Of a stretch of DNA of 59,311 bases, positions 51,902 to 59,311 are shown piece by piece. The notes beneath the pieces are model-generated. The model was not told where the DNA came from and made no database searches. It was given only the letters and a program-made list of their open reading frames with translations. The number at the start of each line of letters is the position of its first letter. The stretch's first letter is position 1. The position numbers and the translations under genes were made by a program. Source of the DNA: Basidiobolus ranarum (lineage: Eukaryota); assembly GCA_040143965.1 (NCBI GenBank), contig JASJQH010000008.1, positions 1 to 59,311 on the forward strand. Direction: 5' to 3'.

Positions 51902-52364
51902 TGGAATCTCATAAGTATATGCACATCATATGTAAAGAAAATCATTTAATAAATTTTGCCTACAATCTTGGTCATAATTTCAATAGATGTTATTTTGAGT
52001 ATTAAGGTTGACAACTACACAAATGACCAGTTGAGAAAGTGGATTTAATTATATACGATCAAGACCTACACCAATACCAATACCATGGCTGATACTAATA
52101 CTGGCATCTGATACACAAATAAATATGAATCCAGTCATGAAAATTAATGTGATTAAGAGAAAGAAAATACAAATGACGTTATGGAGACACGGGTTCTAAT
52201 GGATTGAACCGAGGAATGTGTGGGAGTTCCATATCGTATTGAGTGTTTGAAACCAAACCGTTTGACTGGTAAATATCCGTGGTTGTGTGGGATGTTTGCT
52301 CACTGGTACGGAAGCGGAGACCATTACCAATGCTAAAGTGACAAGTTTAGTTTCTGTGATAGTT

Positions 52365-53820
52365 TCAACTAAGAAGCAATAAGCAATACCTATTTGCTGT
52401 CGGCACTGTATTGAGAATGAAGGGATTAGAGAAGGCATTAGAGGTTGAATCATCAATAACACTACTTTTTGAGACACACGTACCAAACCATAACCACCAT
52501 TCTTTCCCCATGACAACCTTCCAGTTGTTTGCCCAACCTAGATCGTAAATGTTCGATGAACTTTCATTTCTCTTATTGCTATGCAGATTCTCAATAGTGC
52601 TTTCATTCTTGAAGATCAATCGAGTATGATATCCGGTTAGGATCAATAAACCTGAGCCAAATATGGCTGTAACTGCAATAAGAAGTCCCCATTGTATATC
52701 CACAGAGCCTCCAAGCTAAACATAAAAGCATGTTAGCACAAGGGAAATAGTTGTGACGTAGCAAAGCTTCTTACCTTCACTTTAGACACTAGTGGTGGAA
52801 TTACTGAGACAATGGTGAAAATGCAGAATAATGTCGCATAGAGAATGAATAAATAGAACAGTTTGTAATTCCCCCAACCTACACATTGGTTTATCCTAAA
52901 CCAAAAAGTCAATAAACATGTGTGAATTTCTTGCATGTAAGGTGTTCGTTACCATGGGCAATGGCTAACAAAATGATTTCTTGTTAGTATGGAGAAGTTC
53001 AATAGGATGAATACAAAGTTCACTCACTGGTCCATCTTCAGAATGCATCGATCACAGGCTGAACAGTGGTGACATCTCTCTGGTTTCACTACATTACAAC
53101 TGTTACAGAATTTGCCTCTGGGTGGAGCGTGCAATACCATGTTTTCAGGAGCAGCTGGGGGAGGCCAAAGAAGTGTTTGTGGTCGGCGTATTTCATCGCC
53201 TACAGATTGTCTCTTCACTGCTCCATCACTTGTTTCTGTCGTATTCAAGAAAGTGGGATCATTTAATCCTTGAGTTTCATCTTTCTCCGATATGTTTTGG
53301 AAAGGTGGTTGACTGAGCCAAGGGTTTTGGTCTATCTCAAAACGATCTCCAGAGAAGGTGTTGGGTTGTTCAGGAGACTGAATAAATAAGAGTGTTTAAT
53401 GTCAGAGAGACCAGGTATATCATTTAAATTGCAGATTACCACTTTAGGAGACCCAGGTTCCTTCAATAGTACTCTCACGTAGGAAAGAATGAAAGGAAGC
53501 AAAAATACGTGATAGAGTACAATGTAAACAACTAGGTAATTCAACGTAACAAACTAGCTGGTCAGAAATGTTCAGGTAAATTCGAAATGCATGTGCTACA
53601 AACCTCCTTGAGTGACTGAACCTTGCTTGACTAGAGTAACTATTGGAGTAATGAATAAGTATTCAATATACTAGCACCTCCTAGGAAGTGTTAATTTACG
53701 TAGGAATCACTCACTTGACAAACGGAATATATGTACATAATACGTCCAACTCAAAAGAGCAATTACAAAGGCGATTGGGAAGTAGCCGTTTATTTTGGCG
53801 ACCAGATTTTTATTTTCCAT
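52365..53820 (-). CDS. DHHC palmitoyltransferase (Pfa3/ZDHHC2-like), multi-exon
   Basis: [78 protein letters not shown]; ATG at 53820. Confidence 0.92.
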
Positions 53821-55132
53821 GTGTAACTTTTCTTTGGAATGTTGCCGTTGCTATCACTGAATTGTCGGGGATAATTTGCTAAAGGAGTTAATGAATAGAA
53901 GATAGAGTTTATTTGAGATTTTTCCGAAATAAACGTGTGTTGATGATTTTAAAGTGATGAGAGAAAGGAATCCTCTACTTCTCCAGAACCAACTCAGAGC
54001 TCTTCTTGGTAAATTAACCTTTCTATACGGTTAACTATATCAAGGCTCGTTTATAAGAGTATCGAAAAGAGCTTTTCCAAGAAATCTCGAGAGAAGGAGA
54101 GTAGAAGGTTTCCAGAATGATGGAGTGGAGTACTAAAATAATATAAGTTACTTAGAAGAGGGGCAAACCTAAAGGAGCACAAATACATGCAGATTATATG
54201 TAAGGACGTCTCGTTTGGGATTTGTTCGTATTAATGAGTATTAAGATCGCGTTACAGTACTACATGCGTTGATTTAAATGGTCAAATGGCTTAATTTAAT
54301 ATTACCTTTAATCTTTACCAAAAATTGCTAGTTTTAATGATTTTGCAGAAAAAGAGTTGTCTAATATACCAATGCCTAATTAAGTAAAGTCACTTTATGT
54401 TGTTTAGATTCGAGGGCTAGTATATTTCAGATAGTTTCCAGTTTATATATGACCAGTGACTTGTTCTACTGATGTCTGAATATCTACCTTTTTGTTAGTC
54501 TATATACCTGCTTACATAATATATATACCTGCTTACATATTAGTAGACAAAGAAATACAAGGCAAATGTGGTTAAATTCCATTGCACTATGTAAGAACTC
54601 AATTCTAAATATAAAATATATATCACAGCTTTAATCAATATCACGTGAGTCAGTGATGTACTATACATCCAGCCATGTTACAAACAGACAATAAAATCAA
54701 CGAAGCCACTTACCTTTGACTCCATGTTCCAATTGAACAGCATACGTATTTATCCTAATATCTTCACTGGATCAATTAAAGAAATATTCCAGACAGTTTG
54801 TAATCCATTGGCGCCCAAATACGATAGGATTTACATCCTTCGACCAGAGGATAAACCAACCTAGTTTCAGTGAAGTATAAGCATAAAGCTACTATTCATT
54901 CATTGAGATTTACTTTCAATACAATGGCTAGTGCGGGGTAGAAAAACGCAAGTAGTAAAGGTCTGTACCTTAGAGAAACGCATTTGGTGATTAAGGGGTT
55001 GAGGGAGTAGATAGTTAAGCATATTTGACATATAACAATATAAATAGAGACGTTCCAAAAATATATATCGAAAGGCCTTTCTTTGATATTAAAAACAACT
55101 TTTGGTCTTTTTTGAAAGTTTAGTTCCTAAAA

Positions 55133-55453
55133 ATGAAATTTTCTGCCCAAAAGCTTTTATGTCTTCTTTCAGGACTCACGGCGCCCAATGCAACAGCACT
55201 TAACCAAAGGTTGCAAGTGAGAAGCAAAGGCACTTGTGATGTTACTGATATCTTTAATGGAGGTACTGGCAATGGTGATGGTAATGGAAATGGAGCTGGT
55301 ACATATGACTCTGGCAATGGTGGTGCGGGTAATGGTGAAGATAATGGGAATAAGGGTAACAGGGCTGGTGCATATGACTCTGGCAATGGCGGTGCTGGTA
55401 ATGGTGGCGCAGGTAATGGGAGTGATAATAGTGAAGTAGAGTGCCATAAATAG
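55133..55453 (+). CDS. Small Gly/Asn-rich repeat protein, possibly secreted
   Basis: 106-aa ORF, MKFS.. start with a weak hydrophobic segment, repeated AG(T/A)YDSGNGGAGNG, TATAAATA upstream (about 55039), AATAAA downstream. Confidence 0.55.
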   Translation: MKFSAQKLLCLLSGLTAPNATALNQRLQVRSKGTCDVTDIFNGGTGNGDGNGNGAGTYDSGNGGAGNGEDNGNKGNRAGAYDSGNGGAGNGGAGNGSDNSEVECHK

Positions 55454-56139
55454 AGTTGTCGGGAATATGAATTCTTAAAATAAAAATTAAATATATATCA
55501 TGTGTAAATAAAGTACGTGATCTGAAATATAGTGTTATATAGTGACAGATCTGTCAGTGAAATATTTCCATAATCGAGTCGGGAATGTTTCATTTTAGTT
55601 TCCTGTTCTTTTCTGGAATCACACAAAAGGAATTCTCATGTATATATTGTGTTTCATTTTGTATTATTACTTTCATATCACGTGATCCGAACCTGAAATA
55701 TCTAAAGCTACCTGGTAAATACCTAGACACGTTCAATAACTTTGAAATATTTACCTACTCTCATACGGGTTTGACTTAGTAACTTATTCAATATTAAAAG
55801 AATTTACCTTCACTGATTTCCATTTTCTAGCTTTATCGTGAGTGAAAGAGTACGGGTAAGTACAGGAAAGATGGTTTGGAAGCAAGATTCCCAATGGTTA
55901 GCAAATAGTCTTCAGCAACAAGGTCGGGCTCTTCAGCATCAGGCATTTGTAAAAGTAGGACTAGAAAGAGTTTCACGTAATGAATGAGTTTGAGAGACAT
56001 TCATTAGTTAATAAGAGACATGCACAATCATAAACCAACGCAAGCTTAAATTCAATACGCACAAATGGTGTGTGATCCGTTCGTTAAAGTAACATCGTAC
56101 ATGTATAAGATTAGAAATCTGAATCTCTTTACTAGTTGT

Positions 56140-57426
56140 TTATTTAAACTTAGGAGTGTTTATATATATTATCTCGGTTTTTTTAAATCCGTTAAATTCT
56201 GTAGACGCGCATGTTGAATAGGCACCCATGCTCTCAAACACTAGCCAATCATTTACTTTCAGTTCTGGGATGACAATAGTTTTGAATAAACAATCTGTGG
56301 TGTCACAAGTTGGTCCCCATATTACGCTTTCAAAACGAGGTGTATCTAGGAGTTGCTCCTCAAAGGCACAATCCGGTGTATATATGAACTCACCATTATA
56401 CTGCAAAATCTTGGGCTTTACTGTGAGCAGCTTTGAAGGAACTCTACTGAAGCTGCCATACAGTCCCTCATTCAAGTAGTACATCCATGTACGGTTGGGC
56501 TGATGCAACAAATCCAGAAATTTACTACTAACTTGCCATTCTTCCCTTAACTGCCGTCCTATTACGCAAGTTGCAAGAGTATATGCTGGGGCGACCAAGT
56601 ATCTCCCAGGCTCTGCTATCACCCGAACGTTAGAAGGGAATTGTGCCTTCAGCTCCTCTTTAATAGCACTGGCTACTATATCAATGCTTCCATCAGTTTT
56701 TTTATCTCCAGGAAAGCCACCGCCAATATCCAGTGTATGGAATTGATAACCGTACGTCGCCCCCAGCTCAAATACCTCACGGGCTTGAGTAAGCGCATTG
56801 CGGTACGAATTGGGGTCAAAGCACCTACAGCCAACGTGGAAACTAACTCCTACTACATCTATGCCAAGAGTCTTGGCTACTTGTAGGAGGCTACTTACTG
56901 AAGACATCGGTGCACCTGCTTTGTCACTCAAGCTATACTCAGCTTTTGTGTCTTCGATGAGAATACGAATCACTGCTTGAGCCTCAGGGTAATGTTTTTG
57001 AATTTTATACAGTTCGACGTTATCAAATGTCATTAAGCGGACATTCAATTTCTTCGCACAACGTAAGTGAACAGTAGATTTCACTACGTTAGCAAAGATA
57101 ATTTTCGATGGACTTACACCGTGCTTCAAGGTTTGTTCCATTTCCTCTTGGCTGGCACAATCAAATCCAATCCCTGCTGCACAAAAGATCTTTATTATCT
57201 CTGGATCCGGATTACATTTTACAGCGTAAAAGGGCTCTACCATCGGAAGATGCTCTCTCCATTCTTCTAGTCTTTGGGTTACTGCACGAAGATCAGCGAC
57301 AATAAATGGGTCATCATTGCTCAAGGTGGCTTTACTTTTGAGTTTCTCCTCTAGAACGGTTCTAACCGCATATGTCGAGTTCTCAGCAGACAAGGTAATA
57401 GATGAGATAGAAACTGTATTGCTCAT
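56140..57426 (-). CDS. Ornithine decarboxylase family (group IV PLP decarboxylase), divergent, intronless
   Basis: PFYAVKCN (PLP Lys), FDCAS, GVSFHVG, LDIGGGFPG, IAEPGRY, WGPTCD, MGAYSTCASTEFNGF. Confidence 0.92.
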   Translation of the reverse strand: MSNTVSISSITLSAENSTYAVRTVLEEKLKSKATLSNDDPFIVADLRAVTQRLEEWREHLPMVEPFYAVKCNPDPEIIKIFCAAGIGFDCASQEEMEQTLKHGVSPSKIIFANVVKSTVHLRCAKKLNVRLMTFDNVELYKIQKHYPEAQAVIRILIEDTKAEYSLSDKAGAPMSSVSSLLQVAKTLGIDVVGVSFHVGCRCFDPNSYRNALTQAREVFELGATYGYQFHTLDIGGGFPGDKKTDGSIDIVASAIKEELKAQFPSNVRVIAEPGRYLVAPAYTLATCVIGRQLREEWQVSSKFLDLLHQPNRTWMYYLNEGLYGSFSRVPSKLLTVKPKILQYNGEFIYTPDCAFEEQLLDTPRFESVIWGPTCDTTDCLFKTIVIPELKVNDWLVFESMGAYSTCASTEFNGFKKTEIIYINTPKFK

Positions 57427-58134
57427 GATTCAAAGTGTAAATCAAACCAAGGTCATGATTGATATATATAGTGGCAGAGTATAGTGGCATAAAAAGTTTC
57501 ACAAGTGGCAGCAATATCATGCTAATTCCTGATCCTGATTTGCTTCACATCTGTTTCACGAGTGGTATCAATGCGAATTCCAAATCCTGATTTGCCTCAC
57601 GTCTAAAGTTGCATAGTATATTAAACCATTAGTCCCAAAGGCAGTTCTCAGATACGTTTTCTGCACAAGAAACCAATGCTGATTCATTGAGATTTTCATG
57701 CCGATTGACTCATAAAGTCTAGGTGAAAGCGCTCTTAGGCCAAACGATTAATTTTATGCCACTTCGTACGTAAATATTTGAAGTAGTGCATGAGTACAAG
57801 TCGGACTTGGAAATCCAGCAAAATGATATCTCTCTAATGTTAGGGAGCTAAAGGCACCCAGCGGGTGTATTCATTATAGCTGAATTGAATTCAAGTTATA
57901 ATTGTAAATAGAGAATGGAACCAGAATCCCGATAAAATATTAGAGTTAAGCCATTCAAATTGAACAATCAAAAAGTTCTCTTTAATCAAAATATGATTTC
58001 TGGTTTTACTTACATAGCTTTATAAATTGGCTGCTCTTAACCTTGATTATCAGGCCTGGATGAAAAGACCCTAAGACGTGACTTTTATTTGGTTTATGCA
58101 TGAATCTAAATAAAACGACTGTTAGGTCGACTAT

Positions 58135-59290
58135 CTGTTGAAATTAGCATAGCCTAAGCATCTATATAGTCATATATTGCTTAGTATTTAGTTATTTCAT
58201 ATTTCACAAAGATATCACTCTCTATTCTCAATGCAAATTTACTTAGAAGACTTCAAAAACTTGTCCAAGAGGCCCCAACCTTTGTGTTAAAAATGTTGAA
58301 GTATTTTGTGAGCCTGTTGGAAGTGGTTAGGAGAACTAGACAAATTGGTAGTTTTTGCTCATTTAGGGTATAGATGTTCTAGTAAGGGTAAGGATGAAAA
58401 GAGAGGGTATGGGGGATGCAATCCCCCATGTACATCCCTCCCTCACCATATACACAAGTTACCAGTACATAGGAAGAATTGGGCTTGCCTAAATTTTCCA
58501 AAGGTCAGATCTCTGACCTTCAACACATCCGAGGAAGAAACTCTATGTCCAACATTATATCAAAGCCTTTTCCGGCTTTTTTAATTTATATGAATTATGA
58601 GAAATTTCTGAGGTATATAGTATTGTTTAATTTGTTATTAGTTTATGTATTTACAAGTTTCTGGGAAACTAAAGTGAACATGTTCTCCTTGAGACTCTAA
58701 AAGCTTTTAAATATTTTAATTTTATTCTGAGTGGAATTGCTTAATATTATGGATTTGTAGCATTTCAAAGAACTTTGTGAAGAATACAAAATTAAATAAA
58801 GAAAAAAGTAAATATTGGAGGAAACATAATTATGCTACAAATCTACAAATGTTAAAGTGTTGATAACAAGCCTTTGATTTTTGGTTGGCTACTCATGTTT
58901 TATAGATATTTACATATCACTAGCACTAAGCTCTGTACATATATATTTATATACAAAACAGCAAAATAGTCATTAAAGTAAACTTTAGGGCTATGCAGCC
59001 TATGCAGCACAAAGGTGCTACAAATTTAAAAGATTGGATAAAATGCAATATATATGAAAGTAAAGTATTCCAAGTTATAGAAATAGAAGTAACACCTATA
59101 ACTGTTGAAATTAGCATTGCCTAAACACCTATATAGTCATATATAGCTTAGTACTTAGTTATCTTATAACTCACTAAGATATTATCAATTATTCTCATAA
59201 GGAATTTACTTAGAATATTTTTACCAACTTAGAAGTTCTCAGATATATAGATTTTTCAAACTTGTGCTAGAAGCACCAAGCTTTGCACAC
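58135..59290. repeat. Diverged 150-190 bp direct repeat pair (58135 to about 58288; 59102 to about 59290), possible transposon or satellite remnant
   Basis: Both copies start CTGTTGAAATTAGCAT.GCCTAA.CA.CTATATAGTCATATAT.GCTTAGTA.TTAGTTAT and end AAACTTGT....GA.GC.CCAA.CTTTG. Confidence 0.75.
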
Positions 59291-59311
59291 ATGTTCCTGG
59301 GACCTTCCTTA

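Noticed and set aside
54501-54539. Short tandem duplication TATATACCTGCTTACATA x2 (and similar short pairs near 5973 and 57535-57600)
   Set aside because: Ordinary slippage-type duplications with no further structure
58379-58429. Helitron 3' terminus (hairpin plus CTAG on the minus strand)
   Set aside because: CTAG is about 25-30 nt from the hairpin, farther than typical, and no RepHel ORF or 5' TC end can be identified; kept only as a possibility under the repeat finding

Overview
Gene-dense, AT-rich eukaryotic genomic DNA with many short (mostly 50-100 nt) GT-AG introns. The gene content (myosin-motor chitin synthase, GDP-L-fucose synthase, ALADIN, HAUS6, DM9 protein, long PPR protein) points to an early-diverging fungus; a Basidiobolus-like zoopagomycote or a mucoromycote is my inference. 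About 23 protein genes can be assembled by hand. They include a class V chitin synthase, a Raf1/DIM-9-like WD40 protein, RPL19, RSM19, QCR10, TRS120, a DnaJ protein, TFC4, HAUS6, RPS18, a CBR4-like SDR, URM1, a bZIP, ALADIN, FKBP12, a DHHC palmitoyltransferase and a divergent ornithine decarboxylase. The main element not explained by the ORF track is at 45.5-46.8 kb: five near-identical 76-nt repeats spaced about 250 bp apart, which superficially resemble a CRISPR array. Read on the minus strand, each is a box C/D snoRNA of the SNORD80/snR60 family. Each sits in its own intron of a spliced, essentially non-coding, GAS5-like host gene that appears to have grown by tandem duplication of an exon+snoRNA-intron unit. 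Other points of note: an ODC paralogue with a D332E-type active-site change, frequent AAG splice acceptors, two U12-like donors, a 12-nt microexon carrying the DHHC catalytic Cys, and degenerate repeats at the right end. Exon boundaries were inferred by eye and are approximate where stated.
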